Source of the DNA: Chloroflexota bacterium
GTDB taxonomy: Bacteria > Chloroflexota > UBA11872 > VXOZ01
DNA length: 64,000 nt
Assembly: GCA_963663275.1 (NCBI GenBank)
Contig: OY760183.1
Span: 928,001 to 992,000, forward strand
Reading direction: 5' to 3'
Position 1 is the stretch's first letter. Every line of letters starts with the position of its first letter. Shown here piece by piece: positions 50,993-62,654 of the stretch. The translations under genes were made by a program, and so were the position numbers. The notes beneath the pieces are model-generated. The model was not told the DNA's origin and made no database searches. It saw nothing but the letters and a program-made list of their open reading frames with translations.

Positions 50993-52105
50993 TCACAGCG
51001 TCTCCACTTTTCGCTTCAAGATGAACAGCCCCGCCGCGAACGCGGCTACGCACCACGCCAGCAACATGCCCAGGTACGGCAGCACCTCCGACCACCCGGC
51101 GTTGTAGGCGCTGGACTGCACCACGGCTTGCACCAAGCCGTATGACGGCAAGACCGTCACCCAAGCCGCGGCCGTGCCGGGAAAGAGCGCCGCGATTGCC
51201 GGAATCATCAGCGGGATCATGAAGGCCATGCCGTAGAAGAGCGTTTCGATGAAGTCTTTGCCCGCGCTGCCGGCGATCAGCCCAAAGCCGGTGACCAGCA
51301 CCGCGCCCAGCAAGAGCGCGCAGAGTAGGATGAGTGGCTGCTGCCGGAACGAGCCGATGATGAGCAGCAGCAGTACCGCTTGCGCGAACGCCATGCCCGT
51401 GCCCAGGATGCCCTTGGCCGCCAGAAAGTCCGAAACCCGCGTGGGCGAGACCAGCACGGCGGTTACCGTGCGGGCCTGAATCTCGGTGGCTACCAGCGAA
51501 CTGAGGGCAAAGGTCTCGATGATGAGCGCCAGGAAGGCGAAGAGGGGGCGAATCTTCTCACGGAACGGCACCTGATCGCCGACGCGGTCTTCGCCCAGCA
51601 CGATTATCTCCCGGTCCGGTTCCGCCACCGGCAGGGGATTGCCCGACAGCGCGTAGGCGATTTCGCGCACGAAGCCGGCCATGGCGCGGCGGATCTCCGG
51701 CGGCACGTTGGCGTCCACGTAGACCCGCACGGTGGTCTGCTGGCCGGCGGCGACGCTTTGCAGGAAGCCGTCCGGGAAAGCCAAGCCGATCGCCAGCGGT
51801 TCTTCCGGCTCCGCGCCGCCCACGCCCAGGGCCGCCTCCAGCGCCTCGATGGTCTCGAACTGCACGATCTCAAGCCCCGCGCTCTGGTCGCCCATCACCG
51901 CGGCGAAAACCTCGTCCATGCCGGTCTGGCGAATGCCCACGGCAAACGACTCGTCCACGTTGCTGGGCATCAGCCAGAAGGCGAGGGCGTAGAAGGCGAT
52001 GCCAACCACGGTAATCACCACGAAGAACCGCTCGCGGCTGTATTCCAGCAGGTCCTTGCGTATGATCGCCCAGAGAATGGCGGCGCGCGAGGCTCCGGCG
52101 CTCAT
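50993..52105 (-). CDS. ABC-2 type exporter permease
   Basis: AIIRKDL, EIQARTVTAVLVSP, TM helices. Confidence 0.9.
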   Translation of the reverse strand: MSAGASRAAILWAIIRKDLLEYSRERFFVVITVVGIAFYALAFWLMPSNVDESFAVGIRQTGMDEVFAAVMGDQSAGLEIVQFETIEALEAALGVGGAEPEEPLAIGLAFPDGFLQSVAAGQQTTVRVYVDANVPPEIRRAMAGFVREIAYALSGNPLPVAEPDREIIVLGEDRVGDQVPFREKIRPLFAFLALIIETFALSSLVATEIQARTVTAVLVSPTRVSDFLAAKGILGTGMAFAQAVLLLLIIGSFRQQPLILLCALLLGAVLVTGFGLIAGSAGKDFIETLFYGMAFMIPLMIPAIAALFPGTAAAWVTVLPSYGLVQAVVQSSAYNAGWSEVLPYLGMLLAWCVAAFAAGLFILKRKVETL

Positions 52106-52147
52106 GCGTGAAATCCTCTATCCGCTAATCGTGTGGTCGCTATCCCG

Positions 52148-53011
52148 CTATTCCTGCAAGCCGCGGCCCGTGAGCGTGATGAAGACGGCCTCCAGGGTCG
52201 CCTCTTCCGTGTGGATGGTCAGCAGGCCTTCCGCGCCCACCACCGCTTTCAGTTGGTCGCCGGTGTCGCTGTCGTCCAGCGGCACCACCTGCTCGCGCAC
52301 GTCGCCGTTCTCGCGGATGCGCACCCGCACCGAACGCTGGCCGTGGGCGAGTTTGAGGTTCTCCGGCGTGTCCAGCGCGGCGATCGTGCCGTCGTTGATG
52401 AAGGCTACGCGGTCTGAGAGTTTGTCCGCCTCGTCCATGTCGTGGGTGGTGAGCAGAATGGCCGCGCCGCGCGCCGCTTCTTCTTCGATGACCCGGCGAA
52501 TGGCCTGCGAGGAAACGGGATCAAGCCCGTCGGTCGGCTCGTCGAGGAAGAGGATGTCCGGCGTGTTGATGAGGCAGCGCGCCACCATCAGCCGCTGCTG
52601 CATGCCTTTGGAATAACCCTTCACGCGGTCGTCGGCGCGGTCGGCCAGACCCACCCGCTGCAAGAGCGGCGTGGGATCGAAGTCGCGGATGCCGAAGAGC
52701 CTGGCGAAGAAGCGCAGATTCTCCTTGGCGGAGAGGTTGAGGTAGAGGTTCTTCTCCTCGAAGCAGACGCCGATGCGGCCCTGGATTGTGTCGCGCTCTT
52801 TGGCGACGTCCATGCCCAGAATGGCAATGTCGCCGCTCTGGGGGCGCATCTGGCCGGTGAGCAGTTTGATGGTGGTGGACTTGCCCGCGCCGTTCGGCCC
52901 CAGGAAGCCCAAGACCTCGCCCTGGGCGACGCTGAAGCTGACGTCGTCCACGGCCTTGACGTCGCCGTAGGCGTAGCTGACGCCCTGAACGCGAATGGCT
53001 GCCTCGCTCAT
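52148..53011 (-). CDS. ABC exporter ATP-binding protein
   Basis: GPNGAGKST, YSKGMQQR, LFLDEPT, TTH. Confidence 0.95.
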   Translation of the reverse strand: MSEAAIRVQGVSYAYGDVKAVDDVSFSVAQGEVLGFLGPNGAGKSTTIKLLTGQMRPQSGDIAILGMDVAKERDTIQGRIGVCFEEKNLYLNLSAKENLRFFARLFGIRDFDPTPLLQRVGLADRADDRVKGYSKGMQQRLMVARCLINTPDILFLDEPTDGLDPVSSQAIRRVIEEEAARGAAILLTTHDMDEADKLSDRVAFINDGTIAALDTPENLKLAHGQRSVRVRIRENGDVREQVVPLDDSDTGDQLKAVVGAEGLLTIHTEEATLEAVFITLTGRGLQE

Positions 53012-53225
53012 GGGTTGCGTCTCCTTTGTCCACGGTGGGCCGGAGCATCTTTGCCCGCGAAGGGGTCTTGAACCGATCCGTCATTCCCGCGCGTAGGGAT
53101 ACATCTCTTTCCGCCGGTGTAGGGGCACGACATGTCGTGCCCCTACACCGGCGCGCGGCGCGTTGCAAGATGCGGGAGACAAGCCCCCGCGCTACGTGGC
53201 TTGGGCTTTCGATGGGTAGACTCTA

Positions 53226-53876
53226 TCACGAAACGCCCAATTGGGGGCCGATAATGTGCCAAATTGCGGCGGCCGCGTCGTCAACGCCCAGCGTCGCGTC
53301 AACCGCGCGCCAACGGTCGGGTTCCGCGCGCGCAAGGGCGTGGTAACCGGCGGCAACCTTTTCGTGGAAGGCCAGGTCGAGGCGGTCCATGCGGTTGGGC
53401 ACCGCGGCGCCGTCTGCCGGGCCGAAGCGCCGTTCCAGACCGGCCGCGGCGGGCAGGTCGAGCAGGAGCGTTAGATGGGGAACCAGGCCGCCGGTGGCGA
53501 AATGATTGAGCGTCCGCAGCGTGGCAAGATCCTGGCCGCGGGCGTAGCCCTGATAGGCAAAGGTCGAATCGCTGTAGCGGTCGCAGATGACCACGCGGCC
53601 TTCGGCCAGGGCCGGCCGGATCAGTTCATTGACCAGTTGCGCCCGGGCGGCGCACATGAGCAGCGCCTCGGTGTGGGGATGGATCTCCACGTTCGCCTGG
53701 TCGAGCACCACCGCGCGGATGCGGTCGCTGATGGGCGTGCCGCCCGGCTCGCGGGTCGTCACAACCGCGCGCCCGGCCCGCCGCAGCCGATCGGCCAGCC
53801 GCTCCACCTGCGTGGTCTTGCCGGAACCCTCCACGCCCTCGAACGTAATGAAGAAGTCCTGTGGTGCGTCTGCCAT
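53226..53876 (-). CDS. tmk: Thymidylate kinase
   Basis: FITFEGVEGSGKTTQ, TREPGGT, ICDRYSDSTFAYQG. Confidence 0.96.
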   Translation of the reverse strand: MADAPQDFFITFEGVEGSGKTTQVERLADRLRRAGRAVVTTREPGGTPISDRIRAVVLDQANVEIHPHTEALLMCAARAQLVNELIRPALAEGRVVICDRYSDSTFAYQGYARGQDLATLRTLNHFATGGLVPHLTLLLDLPAAAGLERRFGPADGAAVPNRMDRLDLAFHEKVAAGYHALARAEPDRWRAVDATLGVDDAAAAIWHIIGPQLGVS

Positions 53877-53937
53877 GCGCTCTCCAACCAGACGTTCTCC
53901 AACCCACGCGCCTTATCAACGGTCATTCCGATCTATC

Positions 53938-54007
53938 TGTCATTCCGAGCGCAGCGAGGAATCTACAGTGCCGGCATCCTAGATTCCTCGCTCCGCTCGG
54001 AATGACA
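53938..54007. repeat. Inverted REP doublet TGTCATTCCGAGCGCAGCGAGGAATCTA...TAGATTCCTCGCTCCGCTCGGAATGACA
   Basis: Same doublet as inside family-2 MITEs but without TIRs. Confidence 0.85.
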
Positions 54008-54127
54008 TGTAGGCCGCGTTCGGAACAACGTGAAAGCGATGATCGGAAAGACTATGCGTAAACGAATCACCCACCGCGTATTGGAAAACATGGACCTGCC
54101 GCCGACGCCTCACGCTCCTGAAAACTC

Positions 54128-55561
54128 TCACACTCCCGCCAGGGCGCGGGCGGCCTGGATGAGGGCCCGCACCTGGTCGGGGCTGCCGGCCTCGGCGTAG
54201 ACGCGCATGATCGGTTCCGTGCCGGAGAAGCGCACGCAGACCCACGCGCCGTCTTGCAGGGTGTAGTGGAAGCCGTCCTCAGTGCGGCTCTGCACGACGT
54301 CGCTATTCGCCAGTTTCGTTGGCGCGTGCGCGTGCAGGCGCGCGGTGATGTTTGCGCGTTCCTCCTGGGGAAAATCCAGGTCCAGCCGGTCGTAGTGGTG
54401 CGGCCCTACCAGGCTGAAGAGGCGTTCCACCAGTTCGGACGGCGTGCGCTCGGTGCGCACCACGTAGTCCAGCAGGAAGAGTCCCGCCAGGATGCCGTCG
54501 CGTTCGGGCACGTGGCCGCGGAAGGCGTAGCCGCCGCTCTCCTCGCCGCCCAGCAGCGCGCCGGTTTCCAGCATCTTGGGCGCGACGTACTTGAAGCCCA
54601 CCGGCGTCTCATGCACCGGCACGTCGAAGTGTTCGCCCAAGCGGTCGAGCATGGCGCTGGAGGTGAACGTCTTGACAATCGGCCCGCGCTGGCCGCGCGC
54701 TTCCAGCAGATAGAGCGCCAGCAGCGCGATGACGGTGAGTTGATTGAGGAAAGCGCCCTGTTCGTCGCACGCGCCCAGGCGGTCGGCGTCGCCGTCGGTC
54801 GCCAGGCCTAACTGCGCCCCCATCTGGCGCACGATGCTGACGAGGTCCTGCAAATTGCCGGGAATGGGCTCCGGGTTGTGCAGGCCGGGGAACATCGGGT
54901 TGCGCTCGTTGTGAAGGTCGTAGACCCGCAGCGAGCCGCCCTGCAGAATGCGGCTGAACCAGTTGATGCCGGCGCCATACATGGCGTCCACCACCAGGGT
55001 GCCGTCCCAGGCGCGCAAACCGCCCAGGTCGACCAGCCCGCCAATGTGTCGCAGATAGGCGGGCGCGGGATCGAACCGCGCGCACAGCCCCTGCGCTTCC
55101 GCCTGGGCGAGGGCAAGGGAGCGCACGTCGCGGGGATGCAGCCCGTCTACAATCTCTTCGATCTTTGCCAGTTCCTCAGGCGGCGTGGCGCCGCCGTAGG
55201 CGGAGCGCACCTTGTACCCCTGGTAGTCGAACGGGTTATGGCTGGCCGTGAGCGTGATGCCGCCGCCGGCCTGCCGGTTGATGATGGCGTGGGCAAAGAC
55301 CGGCGTGGGCGTGGGGGACTCGGCAAGCGCCGCCGGTATGCCGTTAGCGGCCAGCACCTCGGCGGCCGCCTCCGCGAACATCTCGGCGTTGAAGCGGGTG
55401 TCGTAGGCCACCACGAAACCTCGCGCGGCCTCATCCGGATGCGCTTCCTGCCAGTATTGCGCTACGGCCTGCGTGAGCAGGCGCACGTTGTCGACCGTAT
55501 AGTCGGCGCCGATGACGGCGCGCCAGCCGTCCGTGCCAAATCTCGGCGGTGAAGACTCCAT
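54128..55561 (-). CDS. Phosphoglucomutase/phosphomannomutase family protein
   Basis: FGTDGWR, TASHNP, DGDADR, GGEESGG, RFSGTEP. Confidence 0.95.
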   Translation of the reverse strand: MESSPPRFGTDGWRAVIGADYTVDNVRLLTQAVAQYWQEAHPDEAARGFVVAYDTRFNAEMFAEAAAEVLAANGIPAALAESPTPTPVFAHAIINRQAGGGITLTASHNPFDYQGYKVRSAYGGATPPEELAKIEEIVDGLHPRDVRSLALAQAEAQGLCARFDPAPAYLRHIGGLVDLGGLRAWDGTLVVDAMYGAGINWFSRILQGGSLRVYDLHNERNPMFPGLHNPEPIPGNLQDLVSIVRQMGAQLGLATDGDADRLGACDEQGAFLNQLTVIALLALYLLEARGQRGPIVKTFTSSAMLDRLGEHFDVPVHETPVGFKYVAPKMLETGALLGGEESGGYAFRGHVPERDGILAGLFLLDYVVRTERTPSELVERLFSLVGPHHYDRLDLDFPQEERANITARLHAHAPTKLANSDVVQSRTEDGFHYTLQDGAWVCVRFSGTEPIMRVYAEAGSPDQVRALIQAARALAGV

Positions 55562-55874
55562 CGCGGTCTGATTGCTCCTTCCCAGAGCGGCAGAGCATGT
55601 CTTGCGGGGCCGCGGTCGCTTAGGCCCCCGCAAGACCGCGTTCGCGTAATGCCCCCACAATGCCTAAGGGACTGAGACAAGCAAGCTGCAGAGGACTGAG
55701 TGTCTCACGCAAACACAATCTCATGTGCGCCGCAAATCGCCGACAATCACTCCGTCCCAGCTAAATCCGCCCTGACTTTGGCGGCAATCTCATTCATACG
55801 CCCTTCACCCACACGCTCTTCCTGGGAGACACCCAAGTACGCGAAAACTTGCACGCTGCGCCGGTTGGCTCGCT

Positions 55875-57302
55875 CTACCAGCCGCCCACAAGCTCCTGCC
55901 ACTTGGCGATGATGTTGTTCCACTCCTGCTCGACGTTTACCAGGCCCTCTTGGATTGTGATGTTGCCTGCCATGACGTCGGGCAAGAACTGTGACAGGGC
56001 CGTGCGCATCTCATCGGCGCCGGGAATCGGCAGCGAGTGGGAAGCGCGGAACGGGATCTGGTAGCTCTGGTGCTCGAGGAACGGATCGCCTTCGGTGAAC
56101 TCCTCCGAATTGGCCACCGAAAGCCGGATGGGCACGCGGTCCCACGCCTTTGCCCAACGCAGATTGTTCTCGGGCCGGGACACGAACTCAATCCAGGCAA
56201 ATGCCTCTTCCGGTACGGTCGTCCACGACGACATGATCCAGATGTGGTGCCCGCTCCAACTCGCCTGGCGCACCGCATTGGGCGGTTTCGGATGCTCGAT
56301 GATGCTGAATTCGAAAGTCTCATCGATTGGGTAGATTTCCGCCTTACGCGTAGAGTACGTCGCGTACATCGTGGCGGTAAAGTCGTTGACGAGCGCGGCG
56401 CCCCGCGGCGAACCGGAGGGTCGCGCGGTCTTGTAAAGCGTGGCAAGCGCGTCCCAGCCGCCTTGGAGGTCGTTCACCTTCTTGACCCACGTCAGCGCCT
56501 CGACCCCTTCCGGGCTATTGAGCGCCGCTTTGCTCAGGTCATCGCTAATCCGCTTTCCGCCAAGTTGCAGGAACGGCGTAATCCACTGGTACCTGCCGCC
56601 GCTGCCCCATTCGGGCGGGAACCCGGCAACCACCAAATTGCCGGCCGCGTCCTTGCGCATGGTCTTCTGCACAACCGCTTCCAGGTCGTCCCAAGATTCG
56701 GGGCCGTTATTCGGGTCCAGGCCGTTCTCCAAGAAGATATCGTCGTGCATGTAGAGCACACGCAGGTCGGGGCCATAGGGGAAGCCGTAGAGCTGACCGT
56801 CCTTGTTCCAAATCATGTTCTCGGTCAGGCTGGTCCAGATGTCCTCCATGTCGATGTTGGAGCTTTTGACAACGTCGTTGAGGCCCCGGGCCTGGCCGAG
56901 CGCGCCGAGTTCGATGGCGTGCCACTCACCCCAGGAACTGATGTCGTGCGGCGAGTTGGCGGCAAACGCCGTGCGAAACGCTTCGTAGCGTTCGCTCGAT
57001 CTCGTCGACGGGGGATTGACGTCAAAATCGATGTCGGGATACTCTGCGCGGAACTCGGCGACCAGTTCGGCGGAAAGGCCCTCTTCTTCCTGGAACTTGA
57101 AGTAGGGATGCGTGGCAAACAGGACGTACGCGGCCTCTTTCTCAGGAGGCGCGGCTTCTGCTTGCGGCGCTTCCGCTTGCTCTTCCTCAACCATGGTTGC
57201 CGCGGGCACAGCGCCGCAGGCAGCCAACCCGAGAATGGCAAGCGATCCTCCTGCGCCTGCCAAGACATGGCGGCGTGAAAACCGCTTTGCGTGTAGATCC
57301 AT
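55875..57302 (-). CDS. Tat-exported family 1 (sugar-type) ABC solute-binding lipoprotein, orphan
   Basis: SRRHVL twin-Arg, LAAC lipobox, GQLYGFP, P.SWDDL, AFAWIEF. Confidence 0.85.
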   Translation of the reverse strand: MDLHAKRFSRRHVLAGAGGSLAILGLAACGAVPAATMVEEEQAEAPQAEAAPPEKEAAYVLFATHPYFKFQEEEGLSAELVAEFRAEYPDIDFDVNPPSTRSSERYEAFRTAFAANSPHDISSWGEWHAIELGALGQARGLNDVVKSSNIDMEDIWTSLTENMIWNKDGQLYGFPYGPDLRVLYMHDDIFLENGLDPNNGPESWDDLEAVVQKTMRKDAAGNLVVAGFPPEWGSGGRYQWITPFLQLGGKRISDDLSKAALNSPEGVEALTWVKKVNDLQGGWDALATLYKTARPSGSPRGAALVNDFTATMYATYSTRKAEIYPIDETFEFSIIEHPKPPNAVRQASWSGHHIWIMSSWTTVPEEAFAWIEFVSRPENNLRWAKAWDRVPIRLSVANSEEFTEGDPFLEHQSYQIPFRASHSLPIPGADEMRTALSQFLPDVMAGNITIQEGLVNVEQEWNNIIAKWQELVGGW

Positions 57303-57592
57303 TAGATCGCCTTTCTCACACGTTACGACTGAACCACACGGGCGCCAGTGGCGCGTGTCCTGAAGAACGGTCGCTATACCCGTGCCGCGGTGAAACTCCA
57401 GTGATCAGTCTTGAAAAGCCGTACCTCCTTTCCCCTCCGGCTCAGGAGTCCGTTTCCAACGGAGCAACGCGCTTACTGGCGTTGGGCTATTGGCACAAAC
57501 TATCTCTTGACTGCTTTCACTTGTCTGTGTGAGACCTGCAAGCAAGTTCGGGTACGGATCGCTGGGGCCGCGCCCCATGCACAGGACCGTGG

Positions 57593-58369
<777 letters not shown>

Positions 58370-58446
58370 GATTACCTCCCTGGAACTGCGGTGTCCTGCC
58401 GCGATGAAGTCAGCCAGGCGCAAACCGGCGGCGCGTCACGCCGCGC

Positions 58447-59685
58447 TTAGCGCCGGCCGACGCCCAGACGCCGTTCTATCCGGCGGCTGGCGTATGACAT
58501 TGTGTACGTAAACAACCAAAAGACCACTGCCACGAAGAGTAAGAGTTCCCGTCCGTTGTCGGTAAACTGGACGTTGCCCTGCACAATCGAGCGTCCCATC
58601 TCCAGGATGTCCAACATGCCGACGATGTAGACCAGGCTGGTGTCCTTGAAGAGCGCGATGAACTGTCCCACAATGGCGGGAATCACGTTGCGGATTGCCT
58701 GGGGCAGGAGAATCAGCGTGGTCACGCGCCAGCCGGGCAGGCCGAGCGCGCGGGCGGCCTCGGCTTGGCCCGGGTGCAGGCCCTGCAAGCCGCCGCGAAT
58801 GTTCTCGGCGGTGTAGGCCGCTGAAAAGAGCGTTATCGTAATGGCCGCCCGTGTGACCGAGTCGACCGGGAAGTTCGCCGGCAAGGCCAGCGGCACGAGC
58901 ACTTGGGACATGAAGAGCAGCGTAATCAGCGGCACGCCGCGAAAGACCTCGATGAAGACCACGCAGAGCACTTTGACCACCGGCAGGGCGCTCCGCCGCC
59001 CCAACGCCAGCAACACGCCAATCGGAAAGGCGAAGAAGATGCCGGAAACCGCCAGAATGAGGTTGAGCATCAAGCCGCCCCATTGCCGCGGCGGCACCTC
59101 CTCCATGCCGGGCACGCCGGGCAGACCGTTCAGCAGAACGAGCAAGGCCAGGTAGACCACGATGCTGCCCACGATGAAGTTGCGCGGACTCGCGATGCGC
59201 GGAAGGGAACCCAGGCCGAAACCGAGGGCGAGGGTCAGGAGATTGGCCAGGATGCAGGCGCGCACCCAGCCGGGCATTACCACGCCCTCGTGGAAGAGGC
59301 CGTAGGGCAATACGCCAATCACGACGTCGACGACGGCGAAGCCAATGGCGATGCGCAGCGCCGAGCCGTGCCACATGGCGGCGGCCATGCCGAACGGAAT
59401 GGAAACCAACAACCAGCCTACCAGCGGCCGCCAGGCGTACTCGGTGGGATAGAGGCCGATGAGGTATTGCTGCGGCCGGCTGGTGACCAGCGTCCAATCG
59501 GCGTCGCCAATGACCCAGCGCAGAATGCTCCAGACCACCCACAGGATCAGAGGGACGGTGACGACGGTGACGATGCCGCTGAGCCGGCTGCCAAAGAGGT
59601 TATTTCGCGCCCAGCCGATCCAGCCGGTTTCCGTGCGCGGCGGCGGCAGCGACGGCGCCGGTTCCCAAACGTCCGCGGTAGCCAT
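58447..59685 (-). CDS. aapM: General L-amino acid ABC transporter permease
   Basis: W.RNNLF, WGGL.L, FIE.FRGVPLI, FKDTSLV. Confidence 0.88.
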   Translation of the reverse strand: MATADVWEPAPSLPPPRTETGWIGWARNNLFGSRLSGIVTVVTVPLILWVVWSILRWVIGDADWTLVTSRPQQYLIGLYPTEYAWRPLVGWLLVSIPFGMAAAMWHGSALRIAIGFAVVDVVIGVLPYGLFHEGVVMPGWVRACILANLLTLALGFGLGSLPRIASPRNFIVGSIVVYLALLVLLNGLPGVPGMEEVPPRQWGGLMLNLILAVSGIFFAFPIGVLLALGRRSALPVVKVLCVVFIEVFRGVPLITLLFMSQVLVPLALPANFPVDSVTRAAITITLFSAAYTAENIRGGLQGLHPGQAEAARALGLPGWRVTTLILLPQAIRNVIPAIVGQFIALFKDTSLVYIVGMLDILEMGRSIVQGNVQFTDNGRELLLFVAVVFWLFTYTMSYASRRIERRLGVGRR

Positions 59686-59720
59686 AGACTAACTCGTGCC
59701 TTTTCAACTCGATGCTGCGG

Positions 59721-59915
59721 TGCTGTTTCGCCCTCACCCTAACCCTCTCCCTCGGGGAGAGGGGACAGGAATGGAGGCTTTCAGTTCTGCTGTTTTGCCC
59801 TCACCCTAGCCCTCTCCCTCAGGGAGAGGGGACAGGAATGGAGGCTCTCAGTTCTGCTGTTTTGCCCTTACACCTTGGCCCTCTACCCGAGGGAGAGGGG
59901 GCAGGATTGGAGCCC
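59721..59915. repeat. Three ~67-bp tandem units containing the CCCTCACCCT..CCCTCTCCC...GGGAGAGGG palindrome
   Basis: Units at 59721, 59788, 59856. Confidence 0.88.
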
Positions 59916-59989
59916 TGATAGTGGAGCCTTGTCGTTGGCGCTGTGTTACGCGCCGCGCTTATCGGGAATCAATCTCGCTGGAATCGGCG

Positions 59990-61180
59990 CTAGCCTCCGG
60001 TGAACTGGATGTGGCGGTTATAGAGATTGCCGATGAGGGAATACGCGAGACTGAACAGCAAATAGACGCCCATTATGATGAGGAAGATGGAAACCGCCGG
60101 GGCGGTCTGTGTCATGGTCTTGGCCACGCTGGTCAGGTCGGCGTAGCCGATGGCCAGCGCCAGGCTGCTGTTCTTCGTCAGGTTGAGGTACTGGCTGATC
60201 ATCGGCGGCACGATGACGCGCAGCGCCTGGGGAAAAGTCACGAAGCGCAGGGTCTGCATGGTGCCCAGTCCCAGGGAGCGGGACGCCTCGGTCTGCCCGC
60301 GCGAGACGGACTGCAAGCCGCCGCGCACAATCTCGGCAATGAAGGCCGCCGTATAGATGATGAGAGCCACCAGCAAGGCCGTCAATTCGATGGAAATCGT
60401 GTACCCGCCCGCCGGATGGCCGAAGCGGCCCTCCGGTTCCGGCACGCTCATCACGAAGGGCGCGTCGCCAATGGCGACCCACACCAGCCACGCCACGAGC
60501 GCTCCCGCGGCTACCACGCCAATGCTCCCCAACCAGGGATACGACGGTTTGCCGGTGCGCGTCTCGCGCCGGTCCAGGTAGAGCCGGGTCGCGTGCCCCA
60601 GCGCAATCGCCAGCACAACGCAGAGCAGCCACAGCCCCGGGCGCTGCTGGCCTTCCGGCCAGGGGAACGAGAGGCCGGCGTTGTTGTTGAGGTAGATGGC
60701 GTTGAACCAGATGATGCCCTCGCGCACCGGCGGCAGGCCCAAGAGCAAGATGTACCAGAAGATGAGTTGCACCAGGAGCGGCACGTTGCGGAAGATCTCC
60801 ACAAAGACGGCGGCGACCTTGCTGATCACCCAGTTGCCGGACAACTGCACCGCGCCCACGACGATGCCGAGGAGCGTAGCGAGAGTCACGCCGATCACCG
60901 AGACCATCAACGTGTTGGTGGCGGCCACCAGAAATGCGTAGCCGAACGTGTCGCTCTCGTGATAGGGCAGCAGGTGCTCGCTGATTGGCGTGGAGTATTC
61001 GCGGTTCAGGAACGACCAGCCGAAGGGGATGTCGCGCTGGTCCATGGCGGTCGCGACGTTGGAGATGAAGAACGCCACCGCCGCCACCACCAGGATGCCC
61101 GAGACGATCTGCCCGGTCCAGCTCAGCACGCGGGAGTGCCGCCAGATCGGTATGCCCTGATACGTTAGCGAGAGTCGCAT
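59990..61180 (-). CDS. aapQ: General L-amino acid ABC transporter permease
   Basis: FRNVPLLVQL.FWY, AEIVRGG, YLNLTKNSSLA.AIGY. Confidence 0.88.
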   Translation of the reverse strand: MRLSLTYQGIPIWRHSRVLSWTGQIVSGILVVAAVAFFISNVATAMDQRDIPFGWSFLNREYSTPISEHLLPYHESDTFGYAFLVAATNTLMVSVIGVTLATLLGIVVGAVQLSGNWVISKVAAVFVEIFRNVPLLVQLIFWYILLLGLPPVREGIIWFNAIYLNNNAGLSFPWPEGQQRPGLWLLCVVLAIALGHATRLYLDRRETRTGKPSYPWLGSIGVVAAGALVAWLVWVAIGDAPFVMSVPEPEGRFGHPAGGYTISIELTALLVALIIYTAAFIAEIVRGGLQSVSRGQTEASRSLGLGTMQTLRFVTFPQALRVIVPPMISQYLNLTKNSSLALAIGYADLTSVAKTMTQTAPAVSIFLIIMGVYLLFSLAYSLIGNLYNRHIQFTGG

Positions 61181-61256
61181 CGTCCTCGATTCCTAGCTAC
61201 CGAGCCACGTGTTGCCGCAACGAGCAACCGTGTTCGCCGGTTCCATCACGTTACCG

Positions 61257-62393
61257 CTAGCGCAGCGGCGCGGCATAGATTTGCCCGCCTTTCGGGCAAT
61301 CGGTGCAGGGCGCGTTCGACCACAGGGCATTGCGCGACCCTTCGCGCGGCAGATTGATGTCGGTATCCGGGCCCAGGTTGCGGTTGTAGATCTCGCCGTA
61401 GTTGCCCAGCGCCTTGATTACGGTTTGCGCCACCGTCTGCTCCAGGCCCAGTTCCTCCTGGCCGAACGACCCCTCGGTACCCAGCAGGCGCTTGGCCTTC
61501 ACGTTTTCGCCGGCGGCGGCCTCGTCCACGTTCGTCGAGTTGACGCCGTAGGCTTCGGCGTAGATCAGGATGCCCATCACGGTCTTCACGATGTCGAACC
61601 ACTGCTCATCGCCGTGGGGCACCAGCGGCCCCAGCGGTTCCTCGGAAATCGTCTCCGGCAGGATGACGTGGTTCTCCGGATCGGGCAGCGTGCTGCGGAG
61701 CGCGGTCAGCGCCGAGCGGTCGGACGTAAAGACCTCGCAGCCGCCGCTCTTGTAGGCCTCGAACGCCACCTGCGACTCTTCGAATATCTTGGGACTGTAC
61801 TCCATGCCGTTCTGGCGGAAGAAGTCGGCCATATTGAGTTCGGTGGTGGTGCCGGTATTCACGCACACCGCCGCTCCGGCCAACTCATACGCGCTCGTCA
61901 CGCCCAAACTCTTGGGCACCATGAAGCCCTGGCCGTCGTAGAACATGGTCTGGGCAAAGTTGCCCCAGGCGGCGTCGCGGGAGGTAGTCCAGGTCGTGAC
62001 GTACACCAGCAGGTCCACCTCGCCCGATTGCATGGTGGGCCCGCGCTCGGCGGCCGAAATCACGCGAATCTCGACGGCATCAGGGTCGCCCAGCACGGCC
62101 GCGGCCACGGCGCGGCAGAGGTCGATGTCGAAGCCGACGTTGTTGCCGGCTTCATCCAGAGAGCCGAAGCCCGGCGTGTCGGTCAGGCTGGCGCAGACCA
62201 GGCGGCCGCGGGCGCGCACCGCCTCCAGGCGCGAACCTTCAGCCGGCGCGGCCACGGCCTCAGTCTCGGCTTGCTCCGCGGTCGTTTCCGCCGCCGGCTC
62301 GGCGGCGTCGGCGCAGGCTATGCTCAGCGCGAGCAGCAGCGCCACACCCAGAGCGGCAGCGTACTTTGCCGTTCGTCTCGCTATCGCAGGCAC
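61257..62393 (-). CDS. aapJ: Amino acid ABC substrate-binding lipoprotein, AapJ/BztA-like paralogue 2
   Basis: GFDIDLCRA, TWTTSRD, FYDGQGFMV, ISEEPLGP, GNYGEIY; GTG 62393. Confidence 0.85.
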   Translation of the reverse strand: MPAIARRTAKYAAALGVALLLALSIACADAAEPAAETTAEQAETEAVAAPAEGSRLEAVRARGRLVCASLTDTPGFGSLDEAGNNVGFDIDLCRAVAAAVLGDPDAVEIRVISAAERGPTMQSGEVDLLVYVTTWTTSRDAAWGNFAQTMFYDGQGFMVPKSLGVTSAYELAGAAVCVNTGTTTELNMADFFRQNGMEYSPKIFEESQVAFEAYKSGGCEVFTSDRSALTALRSTLPDPENHVILPETISEEPLGPLVPHGDEQWFDIVKTVMGILIYAEAYGVNSTNVDEAAAGENVKAKRLLGTEGSFGQEELGLEQTVAQTVIKALGNYGEIYNRNLGPDTDINLPREGSRNALWSNAPCTDCPKGGQIYAAPLR

Positions 62394-62654
62394 GATCCTC
62401 CGCTCCTCTCCACTTCCGGCGCGGCAACGCCGCCTGTTTTCAAGTGTTTGCGCCAACCCGCGCCGGCCCACCGGGCGCGGCCTTCCGCGCGGCTATTTCA
62501 TATCAGTCTCACCGGCGCGGCGGTCTCAAGCGGACGACTTGCGGCGCCGGCGCATGGGACGCGCGGCTCAGCGGGCAGCGGCGCACTATAGTAAAAGCCG
62601 CGCCGGCCCGGACGTTCTCCAGGCCGACGCGACGATATTCAGCGACTGTACGCG

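Noticed and set aside
55746-55853. 35-codon minus-strand ORF (VQVFAYLGV...LAGTE)
   Set aside because: No RBS or recognisable motif.
57373-57390. Sigma54-like CGGCACG-N4-TAGC on minus strand before the Tat solute-binding gene
   Set aside because: Mismatches in both boxes and no activator gene in view.
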